This document shows, piece after piece, positions 1-9,961 of a stretch of 64,000 nt of DNA. Source of the DNA: Candidatus Moranbacteria bacterium GW2011_GWF2_35_54 (GTDB lineage: Bacteria; Patescibacteriota; Minisyncoccia; Moranbacterales; UBA9337); the NCBI GenBank assembly GCA_000990945.1, contig LBQR01000003.1, forward strand, positions 11,089 to 75,088, given 5' to 3'. A program made the translations under genes and the position numbers. The notes beneath the pieces are model-generated. The model ran no database searches. It was not told the origin of the DNA and saw nothing but the letters and a program-made list of their open reading frames with translations. Within the stretch, counting starts at the first letter, position 1. Each line of letters begins with the position of its first letter.

Positions 1-954
1 ATCCAAGCTAAAACTATTCCTTTTATTTTGAAAGGGAAAGACGTGATTGGATTGGCTAATACTGGCACTGGAAAAACTGGAGCTTTCTTATTGCCTATGA
101 TTCATAAAATTATGGCCGACCCCAAGCAAAAACTCTTGGTCATGGTGCCTACTCGAGAATTAGCTATTCAAATTCAAGAAGAATTTGTGGCATTTACTCA
201 AGGGCTAAATATTAAATCTGTTGTCGTGGTGGGAGGCGCCAATATTCGACCCCAAATCGAAAAACTCCGCTCCCAACACAGCATCGTAATCGGAACTCCA
301 GGAAGAATTAAAGATTTGATCAATAGAAAAAATCTAAGATTGGAGCATTTCAACAATGTCGTTTTAGACGAAGCCGATAGAATGTTGGACATGGGATTTA
401 TTAATGATATGAAAACTATCCTTTCACTTCTAGCTAAACCTCGCCAGACTTTGCTTTTTTCTGCTACACTTTCCAAGGAGATTGAAGCCTTGGTAGCACA
501 ATTTCAAAGAGATCCTATTACAGTTTCGATTAAAACTAAAGAAATATCATCGCAAATTGATCAGGACATCGTGCGTGTCGGAAGAGATGAAGACAAAATC
601 GAAATTCTAAAAAAACTTTTAGCCCAAACTGCTTTCCAAAAAATTCTTATTTTCACAAGAACAAAGCGAGGGGCTGAGAAATTATCCAAAGCATTGTTCA
701 AAATAGGCTTCAAATCTGAATCCATTCATGGCGACAAATCTCATGGCCAAAGGCAGAAAGCTTTGCAATTATTCAAAAATGACCATATCGAAATTTTAGT
801 CGCCACCGATGTGGCTGCCCGAGGATTAGACATTCCCAATGTAAGTCATGTCATCAACTTTGATGTTCCCGCTAGTTATGAAGATTATATCCACCGCATT
901 GGCCGTACTGGCCGTGCTGGAAAAACCGGTATTGCCTTAACTTTTATTGAATAG
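1..954 (+). CDS. DEAD/DEAH-box RNA helicase (5' end lies before the window)
   Basis: Frame is open from base 1 (IQAKTIP, Q-motif region). Motifs ANTGTGKT, PTRELA, TPGR, DEAD, SAT, TDVAARGLD and HRIGRTGR are present. Confidence 0.95.
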   Translation: MQAKTIPFILKGKDVIGLANTGTGKTGAFLLPMIHKIMADPKQKLLVMVPTRELAIQIQEEFVAFTQGLNIKSVVVVGGANIRPQIEKLRSQHSIVIGTPGRIKDLINRKNLRLEHFNNVVLDEADRMLDMGFINDMKTILSLLAKPRQTLLFSATLSKEIEALVAQFQRDPITVSIKTKEISSQIDQDIVRVGRDEDKIEILKKLLAQTAFQKILIFTRTKRGAEKLSKALFKIGFKSESIHGDKSHGQRQKALQLFKNDHIEILVATDVAARGLDIPNVSHVINFDVPASYEDYIHRIGRTGRAGKTGIALTFIE

Positions 955-962
955 GCTCTCCG

Positions 963-1003
963 AAAAAACCGAGCTGTTGCATTTTGCAACAGCTCGGTTT
1001 TTT
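963..1003. terminator. Perfect palindrome, bidirectional terminator or REP-like element
   Basis: aaaaaaccgagctgttgca-ttt-tgcaacagctcggtttttt between convergent genes. Confidence 0.8.
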
Positions 1004-1039
1004 AATATATTTAACTAAGGATATTACTTTTAAAATATT

Positions 1040-2782
1040 TTATTCTTTCCAAAATAACATCGCTAATTTTATTTCTTCATAAGAAATCTTTTCATTCAAA
1101 CCCTCAAATATCGGCCTTAATCTAATCTGTCCATCCTGGGAAAAATCATCCGGATTTTTTTTATTTTTAATCTCTTTGGCTTTTCCCAAAACTAAACATA
1201 AAATTTCTGCTTTGGGTTTCAAGTGCTCAATATCCAATTCTGGAAGAAGTTTTTTTATTTCTTGCAAGTGGCTCAAGATAGTGCTCTCAGCCAATCCTCT
1301 TTCTTTAGCAATTTGCGCGATGGTTTTTTTATCCCGCAACATTTTTTTGGTGATTTCAATAGTGCCACCTCGGGGTTGCTCGGATTTGAAAGATTTTTTT
1401 TCATCTTTCGCCATTTTCTTGATTCCTTTTTTATTTTCTTCGATTTCTCTTTCTTCAATTGTTCCACCACATTTAACAATAAAATTCTGATGTGTTTCAA
1501 TCAATTCTTTTTCATTTAAATTTCTAAACTCTATTGAATTTAACCGAGAAATTTCTTTCATTTCGCAGTCAATTTCCAAGACTAACTCATCAACTTTAAG
1601 AGCAATGTCATTTAACCCCATTAATCTCAAGCCTTGAATTGATTTGATTCGCGATAATGCCACGTACCCCTGTCCAATTTCAAAAGTTTTACTTAAATCA
1701 ATCTCCGCCGCGTCCAAAGTCATCCCTTGAGATTTGTGGATAGTGAGAGCCCAGGCTAATCTTAAAGGAGTTTGCCTTACTCTCGCTTTAATATCACCTT
1801 TGTCATCCTCCAGCAACCATTCGTCTTTTTCCGCTACAATCTTCCTGCCCGAGAAAATTTCCACGATTGGATGATTGCCGACTTCAGTAAAGGACACTAC
1901 TTTACCCAACGTTCCATTAATATATCCTTTTTCGTAATTATTTTTAATAAAAATAACTATCGCTTCTTTTTTGAGCTTTACTTCTTCAGCTACTAAAGAG
2001 CTCTTAAATATTTTTTCTATATTTTTTTTCGATCCTTTGGTGGTGGCAGAGAAAGTGATTGATTTGCCAGACAGATTTTCAAGTTCAATCTCGTTTATTT
2101 TATCCACGTCCGCATTATGTGTATAAAGTTTTGTTGGATTAAAATTATTGGCTAATTTTTTCTTATACCTAGAACGAAAGACATCCATCGAATCTTCACT
2201 TACTTCCCCCGAACGAATTTCTTCCAGAATATTTATCAACACTTCATCGTCTTGTCTAAATTTTTCTTCGAGATAACAAATTTTTAATCCCATGTTTTGC
2301 CAAAGATTGGTCTGCCAAACGAATTTTATTTCTTTCCTTTCTTTGGAAATAGGCGGCAATTGAAAGAAATCTCCTGACAAAATCACTTGCACGCCCCCAA
2401 ATGGTTCATTTGATTTCTTGAAAGCTCTTAAAATTCTATCCATCGAAGAAAACAATTCTGGAGAAACCATGGAAATTTCATCCACAATCAATACTTTTAA
2501 ATCCCTCAATCGTCCGCCCAAAAATCTTTGCCTTGTCAGCCAGTTGATATAGCCATCGTCAATGTATTCTTTGATTCCAATACTGAAAAAAGAATGGATT
2601 GTTTTTCCTCCAATATGCGAAGCGGCAATCCCCGTTGGCGCCACAATAGCGGGCTCAATTCTCCTTTCCTTCAAATATTTTATATATTTATTAATCACAA
2701 AAGTTTTGCCCGTTCCCGCTGAACCAGTTAAAAAAACATTTTCTCCCGAACATAAAATTTTTAGAGCGACATCTTGTTTCAT
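1040..2782 (-). CDS. PIF1/RRM3-like SF1B DNA helicase with C-terminal HTH
   Basis: GSAGTGKT, APTGIAA, TIHSF, VDEISM, GDFFQLPP, WALTIHKSQG and YVALSR motifs; HTH-like IAQIAKERGLAESTILSHL. Confidence 0.92.
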   Translation of the reverse strand: MKQDVALKILCSGENVFLTGSAGTGKTFVINKYIKYLKERRIEPAIVAPTGIAASHIGGKTIHSFFSIGIKEYIDDGYINWLTRQRFLGGRLRDLKVLIVDEISMVSPELFSSMDRILRAFKKSNEPFGGVQVILSGDFFQLPPISKERKEIKFVWQTNLWQNMGLKICYLEEKFRQDDEVLINILEEIRSGEVSEDSMDVFRSRYKKKLANNFNPTKLYTHNADVDKINEIELENLSGKSITFSATTKGSKKNIEKIFKSSLVAEEVKLKKEAIVIFIKNNYEKGYINGTLGKVVSFTEVGNHPIVEIFSGRKIVAEKDEWLLEDDKGDIKARVRQTPLRLAWALTIHKSQGMTLDAAEIDLSKTFEIGQGYVALSRIKSIQGLRLMGLNDIALKVDELVLEIDCEMKEISRLNSIEFRNLNEKELIETHQNFIVKCGGTIEEREIEENKKGIKKMAKDEKKSFKSEQPRGGTIEITKKMLRDKKTIAQIAKERGLAESTILSHLQEIKKLLPELDIEHLKPKAEILCLVLGKAKEIKNKKNPDDFSQDGQIRLRPIFEGLNEKISYEEIKLAMLFWKE

Positions 2783-2789
2783 TTTTTTA

Positions 2790-2875
2790 TTTACCCCCCC
2801 ATTAAATGATATAGATTACTATAATTTAACGGGGTAAACCTTTAAATTGCAGTATTCTGCACTATTTAACTGGGT
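2790..2875. repeat. Miniature palindromic element, family D, copy 1
   Basis: tttacccccccattaaat...atttaacggggtaaacc...tatttaactggg; same layout at 41829-41914. Confidence 0.8.
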
Positions 2876-3073
2876 TAAAATTATAAACCACAACCTGAGC
2901 TCAGTATAACATGAAAAGCACTATTTTTTTATTAGTGCTAAGAATTATTTAGAATAATGAATGACTGTCTATTTTTTGTCCTAATTTTAAAAAAATCAAA
3001 AAAAATGCCCACATCAGCAAAAAATATGTTTCTAAAATTGTTCTCTTTATTCCTGTTCAGTTAATATTTGACT

Positions 3074-3613
3074 TTACTTAGAAGAATCCTCATCTCCATC
3101 CAACAAATCTTTACTTTCATCAGAAGAAGAATTATTTTCTTGAGATTTTTCTGTGGTATTTTGATTCTCAGAAGTTAAATTTTCACCGCTAACACCTTCA
3201 CTTTCCTGACTAAGTAATGGGGCCACTTCAATAATTTTTTTATTTGAAAGTCGGAATAGGATAGCTTGTCTAGCCTCAGCATAAATCAAGACCTTATCTC
3301 CATTTTCCGCTTTACGAAAAAAATCTTGATCCTTTAATTTTTCTTTATCTTGAACAGTAGCTAATGATGGAGTCCCCTCGGGCAATTCCATTAATTTTCC
3401 CAATTCAGAAATGACAAACTGAGTTTCTTCCTGAGAAACAACCTGGGGGTTATCTTTGATTTTTTTATATTGTTTAAAATAATAAGCTGATGTTCCAGCG
3501 AGACCCGCAATAATCAAAAAAATTAATATTTTAAAGATGTATTTCCTTTTATTTTTTGGTGCCGTGATATTCGTTACCACCTCAGAAGCCGTTTCTGATT
3601 TAATTCTTGCCAT
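3074..3613 (-). CDS. Membrane-anchored hypothetical protein, paralog of 8064-8441
   Basis: N-terminal TM helix, motif DKEKLKDQDFFRKAENGDKVLIY...AILFR, acidic tail. Confidence 0.8.
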   Translation of the reverse strand: MARIKSETASEVVTNITAPKNKRKYIFKILIFLIIAGLAGTSAYYFKQYKKIKDNPQVVSQEETQFVISELGKLMELPEGTPSLATVQDKEKLKDQDFFRKAENGDKVLIYAEARQAILFRLSNKKIIEVAPLLSQESEGVSGENLTSENQNTTEKSQENNSSSDESKDLLDGDEDSSK

Positions 3614-3659
3614 AATACTTTTATAAATTAAAAATTATTTTTAAATTTTATAGTCTAGA

Positions 3660-6600
3660 TTAACTTTCTTCCTCAACCGGCTCAGTTGCCGGCGCCTCCA
3701 ATTGTTCACTGACTGATTCTTCATCGGAAATAATAATAGGAGTTTCTTCGACGATTGTCTCCGACTCCGAGATAATTTCCGGGGTTATTGCAGGTGTTTC
3801 CAATGCAGTCTCTGAAGGAGTTTGACTGTTTTCTTCCTCTGCTAACCCGTTATCACTTTCCGTCGTTTTGACGTCTCTTACCGCCACCGCCGTCCAAGCA
3901 AATTTAATATCCTTGTCTTTCTCCGGATCAATTTCAATGACAAAACCTCTCGTCGATTCATCAGTTACGCGATACCAATCCAAATTGATACCAGTTCTAA
4001 GAGTAGTTGTGATAATCGGCGTAACAACATATTCTTTTTCAAATCTCACTTCAACTTTCGTTTCGCCTGATTTAATTATAGCATACCCGGCGCTGTCTTC
4101 ATCAAACATAACCTTTCCGGAAAATTCGACGTCTTTCTTGAATGACGCGAGACCCTGAAACTCCACGTCTCCCTTAAACAATACCGCGCCGCTCACGGAC
4201 AATTCTTTGAGTTTTGCCAAGCTCAACACTTCCAAATTTTTCACTTTGAAAGATGAAGACAGGTCAGCCATTTGCGAATCGAGATTTGCTATCTCATTTG
4301 TTAAATTAGCGATAGTTTCTCCAAATTTTACCAGTTGCGCATCAGCATCACTTAACTGCGTCGTCACGAATTCCAATCCTTCAATTCGGTTAGCTTTGAT
4401 CGAATCTGCCACTATTATGCCTTTGAAAACCGTTTTGCCGTCTTCGGAAGAAACAATATTTTTGGTGCGCAGATCCAACGTGGTGATTTGGTCCACATTA
4501 TCCAGAATTTGCGACTGTTGTTCTTGAATCGCTTTGACTAAATACGGAGCAAACTTGTCATAACTAATTCCATAACAATCATTGGCCGTTTCTGATCCAG
4601 GAATGCAGTTATCGGGATTTTTTGGAGTCACGACTACATCGCCAAGTCCTGCCGTTTCAACTTCTTGAGCAATAAAACCGATTTGTCGTTTTTTATCTTC
4701 TCCAGACTTCCAATAGAAAGACACAGGATTGAGGTTTAAAATCTTTTCTAATATTGAAGAATCCAAAGAAACAACATCTTTTTTCAATCTAGAATCTGAA
4801 GCTGATGTCCAAGACGTAGCACCTGGATCATTCAGATATACGCCTCCTGAACCGCCGTTTCTTAATAAAAAGTCTGTATTTGCTATGGCATACCACATTC
4901 TTCCATAATCGCTACCAGTGCCAAGTACAATTGGTTGATTATCATCCATTTTTAAACTACCGCCCCTTACTTGAAGAGCACTACCCGAAGCAATACTATT
5001 TGTGCCGATGCCGACGCGATCATTAACCGCATCTACATAGAGCGTATCACTGTCGAAATTCATATTACCTGTACCGGAATTGAAGACTAATCCAGTTGCG
5101 CCAGTTGTGTTACCAATAGTGATAGTTTTGGCCGTTGCATCAGTTCCAAGATTAATAGCGCCTGCTCCAGTGTTTAATGCAAAAGCTCCATTAGCGGTAG
5201 TAAAAGTTGACCCGCCAGTACCAGTATTAAAATTAAGGGCTGTTGCACCAGTGACATTTCCAATTGTTATAGTTTTTGCGGAAGATCCCGTACCTAAATT
5301 TATCGCCCCAGTTCCCGATGAGCCGATATTTATAGCACCACTGCCAGAACTAAGAGTAATGATTCCTGAACCGTTAGCAGTCAATGAAAGCGCGCCACTG
5401 GAGGCTGTGGTCATAGAAAGTGCCCCAAGAGAATCAATCGTGCTTCCCGAGGCAAAAGTCAAAGCATTAGTGGGGGCATCAGTCCCGATTCCTAATCTGT
5501 TACTCGCTGCGCTCCAGTATAGAGTGCCTAGATCTTCAGATACCACTCCGGAAGCACCCGCGAACAATAATGACCCTTGAGTCAAATCTGTCAAAGTCAA
5601 AGTCTTGCCAGTAGCGACGGTCGCATTGCCATTAAGTGAAATTGCGCCAGAGCCGGTGGAAAAAGTGCCGACCCCTGATTGGGCAAAATTTCCGGAAGTT
5701 TGGGCATATCCGGTGATTGCCGCAAGAGCTCCGGAACTTATAACTAATCCATTGACCGTGTTGGTTGAAGTTGGCGCAATGATTGCATTTCCAAAGGTCT
5801 GGGTTCCGCTCCAAGTGTTGGCGTTCGCCAAATTGAAAGCAAGTCCATTTACTCCAAGTGATAACGTGTTGCCATCTAAAAGTATGCCTAATGTTCCACC
5901 TTCAGTGCCGGTCAAAGTTAACCCTCCACTGCTTGTCGCGCCATTTATATAATTTCCTGTAGTATCTGCTCCTAATGCCACTGCGTCATCAGCTATTGTC
6001 AAGACTCCGGTGTTGCCCAAGGTTGCATCGCCGCTAACAATTGCGGCCACAGCTGTGTTTGTTCCGTCTCCGACAAAAATACTTCCCGAAGCAAGTGTCG
6101 TGGTCAACGCCGAAGACCAAGTTAATCCATCTGATGTGCCATTGACGACCAACATTTTTCCAGTGTTTCCCAGATAAGCCGGCACGTCCAAATCCGTTAT
6201 ACTATCCGATGAATCCAATTTTTCACTATCAAGTTCATTTATTGCATTCTGAACATTTGTGGCAACAATATTTCCCCCCGCTGTGTTAGTGATTTGACTT
6301 GCATTATAATCACCACTATTAGTAGTTACTGCACCCGTCCTTCCAAAAACTGACGCCACTGTTATTGAGTTGGTTAATTTTTCCCAAGAGGTACCATTAC
6401 ATATCGTCCAATCTCCAACAGCGTGACCGCTTCCAACAGTAGTAGCAACATAATAGTGACCTTTGATTCCAATTGCACAAGTGTCCGGAGTGGCACCAGA
6501 GGCATCCCATGTTCCCTGATAAATAAGCGATCCAGTAATTCCCGAGAGAAAATCGTTTCGGCTAATTTTACGTATACCTGAAGAAGAAGTATCATATAAA

Positions 6601-8039
6601 GCAAGATAATCGTCATTTGCAACAGCTGAAATCCCAGTAAGTCCATCTATATCCAAAGCTAAAGTTATATTAGCAGTTTCACTACCACTACCGGTAACCG
6701 TCAGTCCGCCACCGTTTGTAATTGTTGCAATGTAATTTCCAGCCGTGTCATTTCCCAAGGCTACCGCGTTAGCTGAAATGGCCAAGGCTCCGGTATTAGA
6801 CAGCGTAGCATCTCCAAACATTGTTATACCTGTAGCCACTCCCGAAGCATTGCCAATAAAAATTTTCCCATCAGCTAAGGCTGAATTTAATGTATTGATC
6901 CATTCAACACCATTTTCTGAACTGTTTACTGTTAAAGTTTTATTTGAGTTCCCACCGTAAGAAGGTATTCCTACATCCGTCAACACGGCACCAGTTTTAT
7001 TAAGTTTCGTCCACGCAATTGCCGCAGTTGTTGAAATATCAGCATTGGCAAGAGATCCGTCGGTAATTTCAGTTGAGCCAATAGCATTAACTTTTAATCC
7101 ACTTGCGCTCACCGCTAAAGTTGAACCATTTAGTAAAACGGAAAATTCATTTCCAGAAAGATTAAGACCATTGCCAGCGACATATACTGTTGTTCCCCCC
7201 ATATCATTTCCGCATTCCCAACTGCCAGAAGTCGTATTATATTTTGGAATTTGATTATCGATACAAGAATTCGACGCCCAATCAGAAAATGCGATTGTTC
7301 CGTCAGTAATTTCCGCCGAATCAATAGAGGATCCAAATATAGAACTAGCATCCGCTCCGTCTTCTCCATCTGTACCATCTTCTCCATCCTCTCCATCTTT
7401 GCCATCAGAACCAACTGATCCTTGCGAACCCTGGATACCTTGCGAACCGCGCTCACCTTGGGTACCTGCCTGCCCAGTCGCACCTTGTGCACCGCCAGAT
7501 CCAGTTATCCCAGCAGTACCAGCTTGTCCGTCTACTCCGTTAGCTCCTGACTGCCCAGCTAAACCTATCGAACCTATTATCCCTTGCTCGCCACCAATAC
7601 CCTGTGCGCCAGTTATTCCAGATTGTCCTTGCTGGCCCGCTAATCCATTTTGACCATCAACACCAACTGACCCAGCCCCTCCTGCCTGACCCTGCTGTCC
7701 ATCTGCGCCACCTTGCCCTTGCTGACCATTTTCTCCTAGAAAGTTTTTTTCCGCCACTACAACAATTTCTCCTTCTCCCCTAATAAACTCTAGGGCTCGT
7801 TTTTCTATTTCGCCATTCGCCTGCCCGTCAGAAGAAGTGTGTTGTCCAACTTCCTGACGAATACATTTATCACTCCACCAGGAACTGATAGAGCACCAAA
7901 AACTTCTTGAGAGAGATTGGTTTCCCTCTCCTGCTGCGCTAACGCCCGTTGAAGAAAGTACCAAAATTCCCAAACAGATAAAAAACATACCTACCCATTT
8001 ACCTGCGTATTTCTTTGCACTAAATATTTTGTTTTTCAT
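3660..8039 (-). CDS. Secreted collagen-like, phage tail-fibre-like protein with a peptidase S74 chaperone domain
   Basis: Signal peptide, Gly-X-Y repeats, G/T/S/A-rich beta repeats, S74 signature SDSRLKK...LNPVSFYWK...IGFIAQEV...LVKAIQEQ. Confidence 0.88.
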   Translation of the reverse strand: MKNKIFSAKKYAGKWVGMFFICLGILVLSSTGVSAAGEGNQSLSRSFWCSISSWWSDKCIRQEVGQHTSSDGQANGEIEKRALEFIRGEGEIVVVAEKNFLGENGQQGQGGADGQQGQAGGAGSVGVDGQNGLAGQQGQSGITGAQGIGGEQGIIGSIGLAGQSGANGVDGQAGTAGITGSGGAQGATGQAGTQGERGSQGIQGSQGSVGSDGKDGEDGEDGTDGEDGADASSIFGSSIDSAEITDGTIAFSDWASNSCIDNQIPKYNTTSGSWECGNDMGGTTVYVAGNGLNLSGNEFSVLLNGSTLAVSASGLKVNAIGSTEITDGSLANADISTTAAIAWTKLNKTGAVLTDVGIPSYGGNSNKTLTVNSSENGVEWINTLNSALADGKIFIGNASGVATGITMFGDATLSNTGALAISANAVALGNDTAGNYIATITNGGGLTVTGSGSETANITLALDIDGLTGISAVANDDYLALYDTSSSGIRKISRNDFLSGITGSLIYQGTWDASGATPDTCAIGIKGHYYVATTVGSGHAVGDWTICNGTSWEKLTNSITVASVFGRTGAVTTNSGDYNASQITNTAGGNIVATNVQNAINELDSEKLDSSDSITDLDVPAYLGNTGKMLVVNGTSDGLTWSSALTTTLASGSIFVGDGTNTAVAAIVSGDATLGNTGVLTIADDAVALGADTTGNYINGATSSGGLTLTGTEGGTLGILLDGNTLSLGVNGLAFNLANANTWSGTQTFGNAIIAPTSTNTVNGLVISSGALAAITGYAQTSGNFAQSGVGTFSTGSGAISLNGNATVATGKTLTLTDLTQGSLLFAGASGVVSEDLGTLYWSAASNRLGIGTDAPTNALTFASGSTIDSLGALSMTTASSGALSLTANGSGIITLSSGSGAINIGSSGTGAINLGTGSSAKTITIGNVTGATALNFNTGTGGSTFTTANGAFALNTGAGAINLGTDATAKTITIGNTTGATGLVFNSGTGNMNFDSDTLYVDAVNDRVGIGTNSIASGSALQVRGGSLKMDDNQPIVLGTGSDYGRMWYAIANTDFLLRNGGSGGVYLNDPGATSWTSASDSRLKKDVVSLDSSILEKILNLNPVSFYWKSGEDKKRQIGFIAQEVETAGLGDVVVTPKNPDNCIPGSETANDCYGISYDKFAPYLVKAIQEQQSQILDNVDQITTLDLRTKNIVSSEDGKTVFKGIIVADSIKANRIEGLEFVTTQLSDADAQLVKFGETIANLTNEIANLDSQMADLSSSFKVKNLEVLSLAKLKELSVSGAVLFKGDVEFQGLASFKKDVEFSGKVMFDEDSAGYAIIKSGETKVEVRFEKEYVVTPIITTTLRTGINLDWYRVTDESTRGFVIEIDPEKDKDIKFAWTAVAVRDVKTTESDNGLAEEENSQTPSETALETPAITPEIISESETIVEETPIIISDEESVSEQLEAPATEPVEEES

Positions 8040-8063
8040 TTTTTTATTAATATTTGAAATGAT

Positions 8064-8441
8064 TTAATCTTTCTTAACGTTAATCAGCATTCCAGTTTCT
8101 GGACGATAGAGCGCTGTTAAATATTCATTTGTTTCTTGGTTTTCGAAATAATAAACCCTGTCATTTTCTTCGGCCGATACAAAAAAATCTTTATTGGCTT
8201 TTATATCGCTGACATCCTTGATATCCACGATGGCATAAGGCAAATTTTCGACATTATAATTCTTCGATTTCAAAAGTGTTACCACATTTTCCTTGTCTGT
8301 TTCAATTTGATTTTTCACAGCAGACGCCTTACTCAGATAAAAAAGATAATTAAAAAAAATAAGGCCGATCAAAAAGATCGCACCAACTAATATTTTTTTC
8401 TTGACAATACTTGCTGAAGTTTTTTCAGATTCTTCATTCAT
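8064..8441 (-). CDS. Membrane-anchored hypothetical protein, paralog of 3074-3613
   Basis: TM helix, motif DVSDIKANKDFFVSAEENDRVYYF...ALYRP. Confidence 0.75.
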   Translation of the reverse strand: MNEESEKTSASIVKKKILVGAIFLIGLIFFNYLFYLSKASAVKNQIETDKENVVTLLKSKNYNVENLPYAIVDIKDVSDIKANKDFFVSAEENDRVYYFENQETNEYLTALYRPETGMLINVKKD

Positions 8442-8664
8442 ATTTTTTTTATTTTTGTATTATTTTTAGAAGTTAGTCTAAGCTGTTTAATTATATTATC
8501 ATATTTATTTTATATTTTGTCAAATATAGGGTTATGCTAGCAATAAGTTTTCGGGATTAAAAAATAAAGAATACCCCTCTGGATATTTTCGCAATTAAAT
8601 CTCTACATTTTTAACTAAATTGTTTCACATCACTTCGTCATATTTCATAGGGTAAGCTTATTTT

Positions 8665-9651
8665 TTACAAATATTTTTCAATGTTTAATTTATGCTCTTC
8701 ATAAGTTTTGGCGCAATGGATTTGTCTGTTTCCGTCATGCAAATAAAACAAACATTCGGTTTCTTCAGGATGCAAAACTGCCTGAATCGCGTCTAAACCT
8801 GGATTAGCGATGGGGTGTGGTGGTAAGCCTTTATATTTATAAGTGTTATAAGGCGAATCAATATTAATTATGTCCTCTGATTTTATCGGCGCCCACCAGC
8901 CGTTTTCGGCTTTTCCTCGGGCATACTGAATTGTAGCATCGATTTCCAAATTCATTCCTTGGTTTAGACGGTTCCACATAATTCCTGCAATCAAAGGCAT
9001 GTCCGATTTACCGCCTGCTTCTCTTTGAATAATTGAAGCTAATTTTAACCCAGTAGTCCACAGAATATTTTGATTAGCAAATTGTCCGATATAAGGAGCA
9101 AACTGCTCATCAAAACGCCGAGTCATCCTCTTGGCAATATCCAATCCACTTTCATTTACTGGGATAAGATAAGTATCAGGAAAATATGTCCCTTCCAGAT
9201 AATCCGCATTCATTTTGGTGTAAACTGTATTCCATTTTTCTAATTCTTCGTTATTCCAGCCTAAAGTTTCCGCTAAAATTTCGCCAATTTGCTCTTTCCG
9301 ATAACCCTCGGGAATAGTCACCCATTTCATGTCAGTAGCAGAGTAAATTTTTCGCGCCACTTTCCAAACATTCATATTTTTAGATATTCGATATCCGCCC
9401 GCCTCTACTTCCTTGTCTTTACTCTTAACATCTAAAATAAACTTAAAAACTTTTTTATTTCGGATAAATCCCTGACTTTTTAATTTATCCAACGTCTGCT
9501 CTTTTGTCTGTCTTTTATTCACGATAAACACATCCTCCGTCACATCTCTTTGCGGCGCACTAAAAAATAAATACCAAGCTACTCCCAAACTCGCCGCTAT
9601 AAAAATAATAAATATTCCAATAGCTATAATGATTTTATTCTTTCTGGTCAT
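8665..9651 (-). CDS. mltG: Endolytic transglycosylase MltG (YceG family)
   Basis: VTIPEG, LEGTYFPDTY, ASIIQRE, SPYNTY, GLPPHPIANPG. Start moved to MTRKNK at 9651 because the longer ORF reads through a family A repeat. Confidence 0.92.
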   Translation of the reverse strand: MTRKNKIIIAIGIFIIFIAASLGVAWYLFFSAPQRDVTEDVFIVNKRQTKEQTLDKLKSQGFIRNKKVFKFILDVKSKDKEVEAGGYRISKNMNVWKVARKIYSATDMKWVTIPEGYRKEQIGEILAETLGWNNEELEKWNTVYTKMNADYLEGTYFPDTYLIPVNESGLDIAKRMTRRFDEQFAPYIGQFANQNILWTTGLKLASIIQREAGGKSDMPLIAGIMWNRLNQGMNLEIDATIQYARGKAENGWWAPIKSEDIINIDSPYNTYKYKGLPPHPIANPGLDAIQAVLHPEETECLFYLHDGNRQIHCAKTYEEHKLNIEKYL

Positions 9652-9678
9652 ATCTTTTATACAAAAAATTAAGTATTT

Positions 9679-9726
9679 CCCCTCTCCCCCTCTCTGAGGG
9701 GGAGATGCCGATAGGCAGAGGGGGTG
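9679..9726 (+). repeat. Family A palindromic element, copy 1
   Basis: cccctctccccctctctgagggggagatgccgataggcagagggggtg; seven related copies in the window. Confidence 0.9.
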
Positions 9727-9777
9727 CATAAAAACATCTTTAAAATAATTTAAAAACTACTAATCAAATATATCTCA

Positions 9778-9806
9778 ATTCTAACACTCTACGCCCCCAA
9801 AATCCA
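9778..9806 (-). promoter_or_regulatory. Promoter for mltG, TGGATT-17-TAGAAT family
   Basis: Minus strand TGGATT ttgggggcgtagagtgt TAGAAT; related copies at 11179-11207 and 13414-13442. Confidence 0.65.
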
Positions 9807-9855
9807 GAAAAAAATAATGTAACTATTCAGCCTTCTCCAAAACCAATCTTTCCTG

Positions 9856-9961
9856 CCGTCTCTGCGAGTAATTTCTGTACTCGGAAATTGCGTGGCAGTC
9901 TAAGTTTTAATGTAGAAATCCTGGATTGCCACGTCGGAGTACCGACTCGCAAAGACAAACC
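9856..9961 (+). repeat. Family C element, copy 1, nested inside outer inverted repeats 9818-9830 / 9983-9995
   Basis: ccgtctctgcgagtaattt...gcgtggcagtct...tcctggattgccacgtcggagtaccgactcgcaaagacaaac; second copy at 17340-17457. Confidence 0.9.

Noticed and set aside
3868-7653. Plus-strand ORFs opposite the fibre gene (e.g. 5080-5580, 7399-7653)
   Set aside because: Antisense shadows of a repetitive Gly/Thr/Ala-rich frame.
3660-8039. Prophage
   Set aside because: Only a fibre-like gene with a signal peptide; no structural, packaging or integration genes.
8611-8657. Additional family D copy
   Set aside because: Only the right end (tatttcatagggtaa) resembles the family; too degenerate to call.
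9652-9729. N-terminal extension of MltG (MHPLCLSASPPQRGGEG)
   Set aside because: It is the reverse translation of a family A repeat; the same peptide appears in the spurious ORF 57251-57499.
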